DNA of 64,000 bases from Fibrobacteria bacterium (GTDB lineage Bacteria > Fibrobacterota > Fibrobacteria > UBA11236). The DNA is taken from the NCBI GenBank assembly GCA_017881725.1, contig JADGQO010000038.1, positions 8,687 through 72,686 of the forward strand. Reading direction: 5' to 3'. A program made the position numbers and the translations under genes. How positions within the stretch are numbered: position 1 is the first letter of the stretch; the number at the start of each line of letters is the position of its first letter. The notes beneath the pieces are model-generated. The model did no database searches. It saw only the letters and a program-made list of their open reading frames with translations, and had not been told where the DNA came from. This document shows, in pieces, positions 47,539-56,840 of this stretch.

Positions 47539-48844
47539 CGGAAAAAGTCCCTTCGGGTACTTGGTTGATCACGAAACGGATTTCCTCCGCCAGACAATGC
47601 GCCAGCGCGGCGTCGTCCTTGGGGCGCAAGGCTTCCGGCAGTACGGACCAGGTATAGGTCTCGACTTCGAAATGCCGGCACAGATCGTGCTTCAGGGCAT
47701 GCCGCAGGGCGGCGATCATGTCCGCCTGGGTGGTTGAGAATCCGACCGGGGCGTCGGCGTGGATGGGCACATGATAATGCACGCGCCAGGGTTGTGACCA
47801 CAAATCCTGGTTATCGATTTCCAGCGCCTCGGGGAGATCGTCGAAACCCAAGGTTTTCCCGCCGACGGAGGAATGCAGGGAGTAACCTGCGCTTGCGGTA
47901 CTTGGGGGGCTTGCGGCGCGTGCGGCTTTGGCGGAGGGCTGATTGGGGTGGGGGAGGCGGCGGTGCAGGTTTTCATCCTGCGGAACCCAGACGCGGGTCT
48001 GATGCAGAAAGCGCGGCTCCACGAAGGACTGGCGTAACGCGCGGGTTACTCTATCCGGATCCGGTTGGAATTCCAGCGCGCTCGACAATTGCATTTTCAC
48101 GATGGGGATGCCCGCCGCCGCGAGCTTATCCAAGGCCCGGATGGGATCCTCGAATTGCACGGCCTGGTGGCAGGTGTCGTAGCAGAGTCCCACAAAGGCG
48201 TTGAGATCCGCGTCCGCCAGCCCGCGCGCGCGCGCAGTGGGCCGCAAGACCTCGTCCCAAAAAGCCACGACCTGATCGATGGTTTCCAACGCGCAGCCGG
48301 GCTCGGGTTCCAATCCCAGACGCAGGGTGCGGTTTTTTTTATCGGCCAACTCCCGGGCTCCGGCCACATAATCGCATAACGCCGATGCCGCACTGCGCGC
48401 ATGGTCCGGGGTCCAACCCGCGCGCCATCCCAAAGGCAAGGTGGAAACCGATCCGACTCCACCCTCGGGAAGCAAGGTCGCCAAGAGCCGGGCGCAAGCC
48501 AAGGTATACGCCAACCGCTCCGGGCGGGTCCAATCAGGATGATAGACTTTGGTTTTCACCACCGGGTCATGGAAGAATCCGTAGGGAAAAGCATTACACG
48601 TGAAGGCGCCCAATTGCGGTGGCGTCAGGACGGATTGCAGGCGGGCTTGGCCTCCATCCGCATCGCGGGACAAATCTTGCGCCAAGGAGGAGGGAAACCA
48701 TAAACCCAAGGTCAGGCGCGGCCAACCTAAATCCGACCGGACGGCGGATCCGAATCGCCGCATTAAATCATGCCAGGCGGTCCAATCCGATATGGGATGC
48801 ACATTGGTGCAATAGGTTAGATGGTTCAGGCCCAGGTTTTTCAA
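47531..48844 (-). CDS. Xylose-isomerase-like TIM-barrel protein (EboE-like)
   Basis: The N-terminal HLTYCTNVHP block and overall TIM-barrel character are those I associate with EboE; the context (UbiA, AP-family and DHQS-like neighbours) supports it. Only a TTG start is available at 48844. Confidence 0.5.
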   Translation of the reverse strand: MKNLGLNHLTYCTNVHPISDWTAWHDLMRRFGSAVRSDLGWPRLTLGLWFPSSLAQDLSRDADGGQARLQSVLTPPQLGAFTCNAFPYGFFHDPVVKTKVYHPDWTRPERLAYTLACARLLATLLPEGGVGSVSTLPLGWRAGWTPDHARSAASALCDYVAGARELADKKNRTLRLGLEPEPGCALETIDQVVAFWDEVLRPTARARGLADADLNAFVGLCYDTCHQAVQFEDPIRALDKLAAAGIPIVKMQLSSALEFQPDPDRVTRALRQSFVEPRFLHQTRVWVPQDENLHRRLPHPNQPSAKAARAASPPSTASAGYSLHSSVGGKTLGFDDLPEALEIDNQDLWSQPWRVHYHVPIHADAPVGFSTTQADMIAALRHALKHDLCRHFEVETYTWSVLPEALRPKDDAALAHCLAEEIRFVINQVPEGTFSDA

Positions 48845-49042
48845 CTTTTATAGACCTTTGATAACCTTTTATTGCCGTTTAGTAGGAAGTTCACCGGGCC
48901 CGGCAACTCCATAGTTTTGGCCTTTTTCCGGATAATCCCTGTCCCAAATTCAGGAGGGCGGAGTAGATTAAATTAGTAATCTGGTTGACTGGGGTTCGCC
49001 GTTCTTGCGGCGGGCCGGGGTTAGAGGGGAAGACATTTCCGT

Positions 49043-50200
49043 ATGCAGGAACAGCTGGCCGTAGCCCAGGAATCAATCGTCCGCAATTTGCGCACCATGC
49101 GCACCTTGATATCGCCCCTGAAAGGGGAAATGCCCATCCATTGCGGACCGGGCGCCATCGGCCGCTTGCCGCAATTGCTTCTCGACTTGAAGCCGGACCG
49201 CATTTTCATCATCACCGATCAACGGGTGTTCGGATTGCATGGCCAAAACCTGTTGCAGCTCCTGGCGCCGCATTTCGCGCCGGAAATCCTGTTGTTGGCC
49301 GAAGGCGAGAACGAGAAAAAAATCTCCAATTTGGAATTCCTGTGCAATCAACTCTTTGAGCGCGGGCTGACCAAGTCCTCCGTCATCGTGAACTTCGGCG
49401 GCGGCGTGGTCTTGAACCTGGGCGGGCTGTCGGCGTCTTTGGTCTATCGCGGCGTGCGCTTCGTGCAAGTGCCCACCACCTTGATGGCGCAAAGCGACGT
49501 CATCGTTTCCAACAAACAAGGCATCAATTTCGCCGGGGGTAAGAACCGGCTGGGCGTTTATAATACGCCGGTCGCGGCCGTGGCGGATACCCATTTCATC
49601 CGCACCGAACCGGTCCGGCAATTGCGCGCCGCGGCGGTGGAATACTGCAAGAACGCCATCCTACTGGGCGGAAGGCATTACGCCGAGGCCGAGCGCTTTT
49701 TCGCCGCGCCGGCGGAAACGTATACCGATGAGCGCATCGAGATCTTGCTCGCGAACAGCCTGGAGCAAAAATTCGAAATCGCGCGCCTCGATCCCCTGGA
49801 AAAGTCGCTGGGCCTGATGCTGGAATACGGCCATACCGTGGGCCATGCCCTGGAATACCTGTCCCAGGGCCGCTTGCTGCATGGGGAAGCCGTGTATCAC
49901 GGCATGAACGTGGCGGGCCATCTGGCCTTGCACCTGGGTATCTTGCCGGTTACGGAGCTCAAGAAGCAAAGCTTGCTCCTTTCGCGTCTGCGCGGCATCC
50001 CGCCCATCCCCAAGGATATTTCCGTGGGCCAAATCCTTTCCAGCGTCCAGCGCGACAATAAGAAGACGGGCAAAGGCCTGGCCTTCATCCTGATGCGCGC
50101 CATCGGCGAAGTGAACCGCCATGAGTCAGGGGTCTTGACGCCCGTCTGCGATTTTCAGCTCAATCATGTGATGCACGAGTATTGGGATGCTCTGTTATAG
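49043..50200 (+). CDS. 3-Dehydroquinate-synthase-family sugar-phosphate cyclase (EboD-like)
   Basis: GGGVVLNLGGLSASLVYRGVRFVQVPTTLMAQSDVIVSNKQGIN ... YGHTVGHALE ... HGEAV. Confidence 0.8.
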   Translation: MQEQLAVAQESIVRNLRTMRTLISPLKGEMPIHCGPGAIGRLPQLLLDLKPDRIFIITDQRVFGLHGQNLLQLLAPHFAPEILLLAEGENEKKISNLEFLCNQLFERGLTKSSVIVNFGGGVVLNLGGLSASLVYRGVRFVQVPTTLMAQSDVIVSNKQGINFAGGKNRLGVYNTPVAAVADTHFIRTEPVRQLRAAAVEYCKNAILLGGRHYAEAERFFAAPAETYTDERIEILLANSLEQKFEIARLDPLEKSLGLMLEYGHTVGHALEYLSQGRLLHGEAVYHGMNVAGHLALHLGILPVTELKKQSLLLSRLRGIPPIPKDISVGQILSSVQRDNKKTGKGLAFILMRAIGEVNRHESGVLTPVCDFQLNHVMHEYWDALL

Positions 50201-51041
50201 CACGGGCTCTTTGCCCGATGCCGCCTCCGTTTCCGACATCATCGACCTGCTCGCGCCCACGCCCTTCCGGGGCGTGGAGTTCGTCCTTACGGCCGCCATG
50301 CTTCCTCATGCCGAAGACGCCGGGTATTGGAAAACCGTCCGGGAACAGTTCGCGGAAGCCGGACTCTGTGTCCGCAACGTGCATTTGGGTTCGCCCCACC
50401 TGTGCGGCCCGGAGGCCCACCGCCCCGGCCTCGCGACCTTGGACGACAAGGCGCGCGCCGAGAAATTCCGCGTGGCGGGAAAAGCTCTGCGCATCGCCGC
50501 TTGGCTGGGCAGCCCGCATCTCACCTTGACCACGGGTCTTCCCGACGCGGAAAGCCCGGATCCCACAGTAACCTCCATGTTACGCGCACGCCAAACCGAG
50601 GCCCTGCGCGGGGAACTGGCCCGGCTCGTGGCGGCCAAACCGCGCGGTCTCGATCTCCTCATCGAACAGGAACCGGAGCATGTGATCCGGGAAACCGCGC
50701 AGCTCATCGATTTGTGCGAGGAATTCCCCGGCGACGTATTCGCAAATTTCGACGTGGGCCACAGCCACGTGATGGGCGAGGACATTCCCGCCTGCATCCG
50801 GGCCTTGGGCCCGCGCCTGCGCAACGTCCACCTGGAGGACATCCGGGGCCGCGTGCACCGGCACCATCTGTTCGGGGACGGGGACATCGATTTCGACGCC
50901 GTCTTCCGTAGCTTGCAGGTTACGGGGTACCATGGCGATTACACTCCCGATCTGTATCCTTTCAAGGACGAGGCCCCGCGCGCGTTGGCCGCCTCGGAGG
51001 CTTTCCTGCGGCGGCACGGGGTCTTGACTCCGGCGTTGTGA
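50187..51041 (+). CDS. Sugar phosphate isomerase/epimerase (xylose-isomerase-like TIM barrel, AP_endonuc_2 family)
   Basis: LCYSTGSLPD ... GVEFVL ... NVHLG ... FDVGHSHV ... NVHLEDI. It overlaps the EboD-like stop by 14 nt. Confidence 0.75.
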   Translation: MLCYSTGSLPDAASVSDIIDLLAPTPFRGVEFVLTAAMLPHAEDAGYWKTVREQFAEAGLCVRNVHLGSPHLCGPEAHRPGLATLDDKARAEKFRVAGKALRIAAWLGSPHLTLTTGLPDAESPDPTVTSMLRARQTEALRGELARLVAAKPRGLDLLIEQEPEHVIRETAQLIDLCEEFPGDVFANFDVGHSHVMGEDIPACIRALGPRLRNVHLEDIRGRVHRHHLFGDGDIDFDAVFRSLQVTGYHGDYTPDLYPFKDEAPRALAASEAFLRRHGVLTPAL

Positions 51042-51158
51042 GGGGGAAGCAAGACGCTCGCGAATTTCCCGGGCCAATCCGTCGCTTCGGTCGGATGATT
51101 CCACCGGATCGGTCGGATTTGAAAATAACGCTTCCAATGTCTCCGCTTCAGTCGTCCT

Positions 51159-51683
51159 ATGGATATGAAAAAAATCCTGTCCGTAGCGGTATTGCTCATC
51201 CATGTCCTGGGCGTTTCCCCGGGGACTCACGCGATGCCGTTCATTTGGGTTGATCTGATGGGATCCAATGCGAACAATGGTCTTACCGCAGGGTTGAAGG
51301 TTAATGTGGATAAGGGGATTGCCTTGTCCGCAGAAATGCTCGGTTACACGAACTGCATAATTATGTGCGGAAACGAACCCGACTACAGGGAAACAAGCCA
51401 GTTTAATTTCTTACTTGGAAAACGATGGAATTATAATCTTATTAGTGTATTTGGAATGGCTGGACTCGGGAGAGTCGATGCGCGGAAACCGAACGGATTC
51501 TATGATGATGGGATAGATATAAAATACTATTCAAAAACAGTTTCGACGATCGGCATTCCATTTGAGCTTGGAGTTACCCTTTCAAAATTCATCGGGATCG
51601 GAGCGGTTTTCCACGCGAACCTCAACAATCAAGCGCCCACTTATGGACTGCTGATCGATTTTCCAATCGGATACATGAATTGA
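51159..51683 (+). CDS. Small secreted protein, unknown function, in an AT-rich islet
   Basis: Signal peptide MDMKKILSVAVLLIHVLGVSPGTHA; beta-rich composition. Local GC is clearly lower than the surroundings. Confidence 0.5.
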   Translation: MDMKKILSVAVLLIHVLGVSPGTHAMPFIWVDLMGSNANNGLTAGLKVNVDKGIALSAEMLGYTNCIIMCGNEPDYRETSQFNFLLGKRWNYNLISVFGMAGLGRVDARKPNGFYDDGIDIKYYSKTVSTIGIPFELGVTLSKFIGIGAVFHANLNNQAPTYGLLIDFPIGYMN

Positions 51684-51861
51684 GCGGATTCATTGGACAC
51701 GATTATGTCGGCACCGAGTGCGAGGGAACACCCCGATTGCGCCTCGACGAAAGTGAATTTGCGAGGAGATCCCGGTCTCGCCGCTTGGCAGGACTCATCC
51801 AAACCGGGCCGTCGCCCGCATGGAGGAATTTCGGGCCGATGTAAACGGAAGCGGAACGGGG

Positions 51862-51899
51862 ACGCCTACCGCGACCGCGGAGCCCGCGTCGATCCGCGC
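51862..51899. repeat. 38-nt dispersed repeat, copy B (see copy A at 7008-7045)
   Basis: acgcctaccgcgaccgcggagcccgcgtcgatccgcgc: 37/38 identical to copy A. Confidence 0.7.
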
Positions 51900-52103
51900 C
51901 GGTGGAGCTCACGCCGTGATTCCAACCTTGGTTGAAATCCGAGGCGACAAAGCGGACGAATCCGAGCCTCGGCACGCTTCATCACCGGATCCAGTAGTTT
52001 CGCCATATTTTGTCTTGCATTCGCATCGATAAACGTGTCCATTTGGTAAAGGTAAAAGGAAAAAATAATCATGGTTGGAGAGACGGCCATCGTATCCGTG
52101 CGC

Positions 52104-52841
52104 ATGCGGATTTTCATACTCGCGTTAGGAGTTGGTTTTTTCTCCAACCTCCAAGCCCAATGCATCGAAAGCAAAACTATTCTCTGCTATGCCGCCGATC
52201 TGAAAAGCGTCGACCTGGGCGTGTATTGGAAAGATGAAGCCGGAGTTCCATTTAAAAATATCGGCGCTTTGAAAAACCGCTTGGAAGCGCGCGGTGAGCG
52301 GCTATTGTTCGCGTGCAACGGCGGGATGTTCAAAAAGGATTTTTCGCCGCAGGGTTTGCTCGTCGAAAACGGGAAGGAACTTTCCCCCCTGGATACGGCT
52401 TCCGGCGAAGGCAACTTTTACCTCAAACCCAACGGGGTATTTATTCTCACGACCGACAACCAAGCGGAAGTCCTTCCCACCGAAAAGTTTCCCGACCGGA
52501 ATACCATCCGCTTCGCCACCCAATCTGGCCCGATGTTGCTCATCCAGGGGCGCATCAATTCCGCATTCGCAAAGAACTCAGTGAACTACAATATCCGGAA
52601 CGGCGTTTGCGTCGCGCCCAACGGAAACGTGGTTTTAGCCATCTCCAAAACCAAAGTGAACTTTTATGAATTCGCGGAGTATTTCCAAAGCGTCGGTTGC
52701 CAAGACGCGCTGTATCTGGATGGGTTCATCTCCAAGGCGTTTTGGCCCGAGAAAAATTGGGGGCAACTGGGGGGTGAACTTGGGCCGATCATCGGAGTCA
52801 CCGCTAAAAAAAGTTTGGGCGGCTTCGGGGAAGGACATTGA
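52104..52841 (+). CDS. Phosphodiester glycosidase-family protein (DUF2233, NAGPA uncovering-enzyme-like), secreted
   Basis: Signal peptide MRIFILALGVGFFSNLQAQC. FACNGGMF, ATQSGPMLL, NIRNGVCVAPNGN, CQDALYLDGFIS. Confidence 0.7.
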   Translation: MRIFILALGVGFFSNLQAQCIESKTILCYAADLKSVDLGVYWKDEAGVPFKNIGALKNRLEARGERLLFACNGGMFKKDFSPQGLLVENGKELSPLDTASGEGNFYLKPNGVFILTTDNQAEVLPTEKFPDRNTIRFATQSGPMLLIQGRINSAFAKNSVNYNIRNGVCVAPNGNVVLAISKTKVNFYEFAEYFQSVGCQDALYLDGFISKAFWPEKNWGQLGGELGPIIGVTAKKSLGGFGEGH

Positions 52842-52957
52842 CCGCCTGGAGAAGACAATGCTCCGGGTCTTGGCTTAGCGCGGGGCGCGTCATCCCTCAT
52901 CCGACATAAAAAAGGCCGCAACCGCTTTCCGGTCCGGGGTTATATTAGGACTTCGCC

Positions 52958-54472
52958 ATGCCGAAGCTGCCTCCCAATTCCCGCTCCAAATCTCCATATA
53001 GCGGCGACGCCTCACTCTGCGGCAAAGCCTCCATCGCGCGGCGCACCCCCCTGGCATCGCTCGCCGCCCCGTGGACCTTCCGCCGGAGCTTGAATTTCCT
53101 TTCCGCAGTTCGCGGCCCTCTGCGGAACTTGGTCGTCCTTTTCGCCGTCCTATCAACCGCCGCCGGCCTAATCTCCTGCGGCACCCGCAGCGACAGCGGC
53201 CCCTTGCGCATCCTATGGGCCGAGTGGCGTCCCTCCGACGCGCTTCAAGAGTTGAGCAAGGTCTACACCGACAAAACTGGCGTGCGCGTGAAAGTGGTCA
53301 AGAAGGCCTGGGACGGGGCTTTCGGGGACGCGACTTTCGCCGAGTTCCGGAACCGCGCCGACAATTACGACATCATCATCGGGGACAGCCAGTGGATGGG
53401 CCTCGGAGCGGTGGGCCATCATTATCTGGAATTGACGGATTGGATGAAAGGCAACTTGGACACGGCCGCGTTGGAGCCCGCCGCCTTGAAATGGTATTGC
53501 GAATATCCCCAGGGCGCGCATCGCTACTACGCCGTTCCCTGCGAGGCCGACGCCATGTCCTGGGCCTACCGCAAGGATTTGTTCGAGGACCCCCGGCATC
53601 GATCCGGTTTCCAGGCTTTCCTACAACGCAAGGGGGTAACGCCGGAGTTTCCCCTGGCGCCTCCGAAAAGCTGGGAAGAGTTGCGCTGGATCGCCCTGTA
53701 TTTCAAAGAGGCCGTGCCCGGCATGGCGGGCCTGGTGATGCCGACTTCGCGCAATTACGACGCGGCCACCATGAGTTTCGAGGCCGTCATGTGGGCTTTC
53801 GGCGGGGACTTCGGCGATTACGCCACTCATAAAGTCACCATTGAATCGCCGCAAACGGTGCAGGCTTTGAAGTTCTTCACCTCCCTGATGGACGGCACCT
53901 CGCCGGGCGGACGCAACATGGGCTTCAACGAAGTGAACGCGGAATTCATGGCGGGCCGCGCGGCCATGGCCTACAACTTCATGGCTTTTTTCCCGGTGCT
54001 GGCTTCCCCGCGCGACAATCCCGACTTCTACAACAAAATCGGCTTCTTCAATTCCCCCGGGCATACCGACGCGCAAGGCGTGACGCGCCGCGCCGCAGCG
54101 CTGGGCGGGCAGGGCATGAGCGTCAACGCGCATATCAGCAAGGCCCGCCAAGCGCGCGCGCTGGATTTCCTGAAATGGTTTTCCACGCGCCAAACTCAAA
54201 CGGCCTGGGCCGCTAAGGGCGGTCTCACCTCGGATAAGGACATCTTGAACAGCCCGGCCTTCCGCAGCGCCGCGCCCTATAATCCGCAATTCAGCGAAGC
54301 CTTCCGCCTCATGCGGGATTTCTGGGCCGTGCCCGAATACGACGATCTGCTCAAGGTTTGCCAACGCGAATTCTGCGCCGCCTTCCAGGACGGGGCGGAT
54401 CCGGCGGCGGCGTTGCATGAGGTGCAAATCGAACACGAAGCCATCCTGGCCAAGCGCGGGAACCGGCCATGA
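52958..54472 (+). CDS. ABC transporter substrate-binding lipoprotein (SBP_bac_1, carbohydrate type)
   Basis: Lipoprotein signal LVVLFAVLSTAAGLISCG. SBP family-1 fold regions. The real start is probably the in-frame TTG at 53090, giving MNFLSAVRGPLRNLVVLFAVLSTAAGLISC. The stop overlaps the permease start as ATGA. Confidence 0.8.
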   Translation: MPKLPPNSRSKSPYSGDASLCGKASIARRTPLASLAAPWTFRRSLNFLSAVRGPLRNLVVLFAVLSTAAGLISCGTRSDSGPLRILWAEWRPSDALQELSKVYTDKTGVRVKVVKKAWDGAFGDATFAEFRNRADNYDIIIGDSQWMGLGAVGHHYLELTDWMKGNLDTAALEPAALKWYCEYPQGAHRYYAVPCEADAMSWAYRKDLFEDPRHRSGFQAFLQRKGVTPEFPLAPPKSWEELRWIALYFKEAVPGMAGLVMPTSRNYDAATMSFEAVMWAFGGDFGDYATHKVTIESPQTVQALKFFTSLMDGTSPGGRNMGFNEVNAEFMAGRAAMAYNFMAFFPVLASPRDNPDFYNKIGFFNSPGHTDAQGVTRRAAALGGQGMSVNAHISKARQARALDFLKWFSTRQTQTAWAAKGGLTSDKDILNSPAFRSAAPYNPQFSEAFRLMRDFWAVPEYDDLLKVCQREFCAAFQDGADPAAALHEVQIEHEAILAKRGNRP

Positions 54473-55671
54473 GCGGCGTTGGCGGTGGCGGCGGCGGGCC
54501 GAGGGACGGCGGGCAGCATGGAGAGGCCACCCCCGATGGCGCGCAGCGACCGCAGGGGGAAGCGAAGTCGGGCGGCGCGCATCGACCACAGGGCGCGGGC
54601 GCCAGCGGCGACGGAGCGGGGCACGGGCTGCCGCAGGGGCCACCCCAGGGGGGCGTGAACCCCGGGAGCGCGCATCGGCCGCACGGAGGAGACCCTCGGG
54701 GCGGAGGACCGCAGGGAGATGTGAACCCCGGAGGCTTGCATCGACTGCAGGGCGGCGTCCAGGGTAACCGCAATGTTACCCAGCGCGGCTGGATCCACGG
54801 CCTGGGCGATCGCGGCCTGCGCAACCTGTGCATCCTCCCGGTCCTGACCCTGCTCATCCTGTTCAACATCTTCCCGCTGCTGGCCTCCCTGGGCGTCTCC
54901 TTCGCGGACTTCAACCCCATTCTCGACGACGCGCCGCGTTTCACCGGCTTCGGCAATTACACCGGGCTGCTCAACGGCCCGCGCCAGGAAGTGTGGCAAT
55001 CCTTCGTCCGCACCGGCGCCCTGGTCCTGGCGACGGTGGGCCTGGAAACCCTGGTCGGATTCGGGGTAGCGTTGCTGTTACGTAGGCGCTTCCAGGGCCG
55101 CGGCCTGTTCACGGCCATCCTGCTCATCCCCATGATGTTGTCGCCGGCGGTGATGGGATCTTTCTGGCGCTATCTGTTCAACGCCGATTACGGCGTCATC
55201 AATTGGTTCCTGGACGTGCGCTGGGGCTGGGACGGCAACCAGGCGCGGGCCTTCCTGGCCGTGGTCATCGCCGAGGTCTGGATGTGGACGCCTTTCATGA
55301 TGTTGCTGTCGTTGGCGGGCCTTTCGAGCATTCCGGAAACACTTTACGAGGCCGCCGAGGTCGATCGCGCGGGCGCGTGGTTCCGCTTCCGGCACATCAC
55401 CTTGCCCCTGGCCGCGCCCATGGTGCTGCTTGGCGTGGTCTTCCGCGCCATGGACACCTTCCGACTTTTCGACGCGGCCATGGTCTTGAACGGCAATCTG
55501 GAAGGCCAGCCCACCACTTTCGTAAGCGTCCTGTTGCATGCCCGGGGTTTCGGCGGCAGCCGCTCTCTCGGCGAACCCACGGCCCTGGCCTATCTCCTGC
55601 TCATCGCCTCGCTGGCGCTCACCACCTTGGTCTTGCGTTACCTCGATCACGTTAAAGGCGCGCGGCTATGA
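54469..55671 (+). CDS. ABC sugar permease (MalF/UgpA-like) with a ~115-aa Gly/Pro/His/Gln-rich N-terminal extension
   Basis: The permease core has the EAA loop (EAAEVDRAGAWFRFRHITLP). The N-terminus has three imperfect repeats (GGAHRPQGAGASGDGAGHG / SAHRPHGGDPRGGGPQG / GLHRLQGGVQG), encoded by ~75-nt imperfect tandem DNA repeats at about 54560-54780. Confidence 0.75.
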   Translation: MSGVGGGGGGPRDGGQHGEATPDGAQRPQGEAKSGGAHRPQGAGASGDGAGHGLPQGPPQGGVNPGSAHRPHGGDPRGGGPQGDVNPGGLHRLQGGVQGNRNVTQRGWIHGLGDRGLRNLCILPVLTLLILFNIFPLLASLGVSFADFNPILDDAPRFTGFGNYTGLLNGPRQEVWQSFVRTGALVLATVGLETLVGFGVALLLRRRFQGRGLFTAILLIPMMLSPAVMGSFWRYLFNADYGVINWFLDVRWGWDGNQARAFLAVVIAEVWMWTPFMMLLSLAGLSSIPETLYEAAEVDRAGAWFRFRHITLPLAAPMVLLGVVFRAMDTFRLFDAAMVLNGNLEGQPTTFVSVLLHARGFGGSRSLGEPTALAYLLLIASLALTTLVLRYLDHVKGARL

Positions 55672-55714
55672 GAGCTGTGAGGCCTCTGCGGGCTATGCGA
55701 AAAGGCTGCACGCC

Positions 55715-56581
55715 ATGATCCGCCGCCACGAATCCGTCAAAGCGCCCGCGCGCGCCCTATTGCTGGCCGGCTACGCGCTCATCAGTCTGGCCCCCATCGT
55801 CTGGATGCTCATCACCGCCTTCAAACATCCGGCCGACACCACCGCCCTGCCGCCGCGCATCTTGCCGGGCATCGCCGCTCCGGAAAATTCCCTGTGGTTC
55901 CGTTTCACGCTTTCCAATTTCGCCCGCGTGCTCTCCGACATCGACACCATGCGTTTCTTCTTCAACTCCGTCTTCGTTTCCGTGTGCAGCACGGCCCTGT
56001 CCGTGGCCGCCGGAACCTGCGCCGGTTACGGCTTCAGCCGCTTCCCGTTCCGCGGATCCAAACACGCGCTCTTCTTCGTGCTCTCCACGCGCATGCTGCC
56101 GCCGCTCGCCCTGGCCGTGCCCATCAGCTTCATGTACAGCCGCCTCGGCCTCATCGACACGCGCTTCGGCCTCATCCTCCTCTACACGTGCTTCAACCTC
56201 TCCTTCTGCACCTGGATGATGAAAATGGTCCTCGACGAAATCCCCCGCGCCTACGAGGAAGCGGCCATGCTCGACGGCCATTCGCGCGTGGAAGCCTTCC
56301 GCCGCGTGGTCCTACCCGCCGCCATGCCCGGCCTGTACGCCACCGGAGTCTTCTCGCTCCTTTCCTCCTGGAACGAATACGCCTTCGCGCTCACATTAAC
56401 TTCCACGGACGCCGTGACCATGCCCGTGCGCATCCACGCCATCATCGGCGACAACAGCATTACGCCCTGGGGCCCATTGGCCGCAGCCTCCGTGCTCTTC
56501 CTGTTACCCATGGCCGTGTTCGGCCTCGTGATGCGGCGCCATCTGGTGCGGGGCGTCACCTTCGGGGCGGTGAAAGGATGA
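55715..56581 (+). CDS. ABC sugar permease (MalG/UgpE-like)
   Basis: Start at MIRRHESVKAPARALLLAGYALISLAPIVWMLI. EAA-type loop (EEAAMLDGHSRVEAFRRVVLPAAMP). Confidence 0.8.
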   Translation: MIRRHESVKAPARALLLAGYALISLAPIVWMLITAFKHPADTTALPPRILPGIAAPENSLWFRFTLSNFARVLSDIDTMRFFFNSVFVSVCSTALSVAAGTCAGYGFSRFPFRGSKHALFFVLSTRMLPPLALAVPISFMYSRLGLIDTRFGLILLYTCFNLSFCTWMMKMVLDEIPRAYEEAAMLDGHSRVEAFRRVVLPAAMPGLYATGVFSLLSSWNEYAFALTLTSTDAVTMPVRIHAIIGDNSITPWGPLAAASVLFLLPMAVFGLVMRRHLVRGVTFGAVKG

Positions 56582-56681
56582 TGCGAGGGAGATGGGGGAT
56601 ATGCGGGATATGGGCGGCTCGTCGCGCGTGGGGGCTAATCAACGCCGCTCCTGTGTTGCGCAGTAACTCGCAGGTTACCCC

Positions 56682-56840
56682 ATGAACGCGGAACGCCTCG
56701 CCCTCTCGGCCATGGCCTTCGGCCTTCTGCTCATCATCCAGCCCTGGACGCACGCGGGCTTCGTAGCGGGCTTTCCCATCACGCTCTTGTCCATCCTGGC
56801 GTATAATTTCGTGGCGCGCCGTCCTTCGGAGGATCCATGA
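56682..56840 (+). CDS. Candidate 52-aa two-helix membrane peptide, translationally coupled to the downstream ATPase
   Basis: Translates to MNAERLALSAMAFGLLLIIQPWTHAGFVAGFPITLLSILAYNFVARRPSEDP. GC3 is about 80%, matching the genome. Its TGA overlaps the ATPase ATG as ATGA, and GGAGGA lies inside it as that gene's ribosome-binding site. It is below the ORF-track size cutoff. Confidence 0.4.
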   Translation: MNAERLALSAMAFGLLLIIQPWTHAGFVAGFPITLLSILAYNFVARRPSEDP

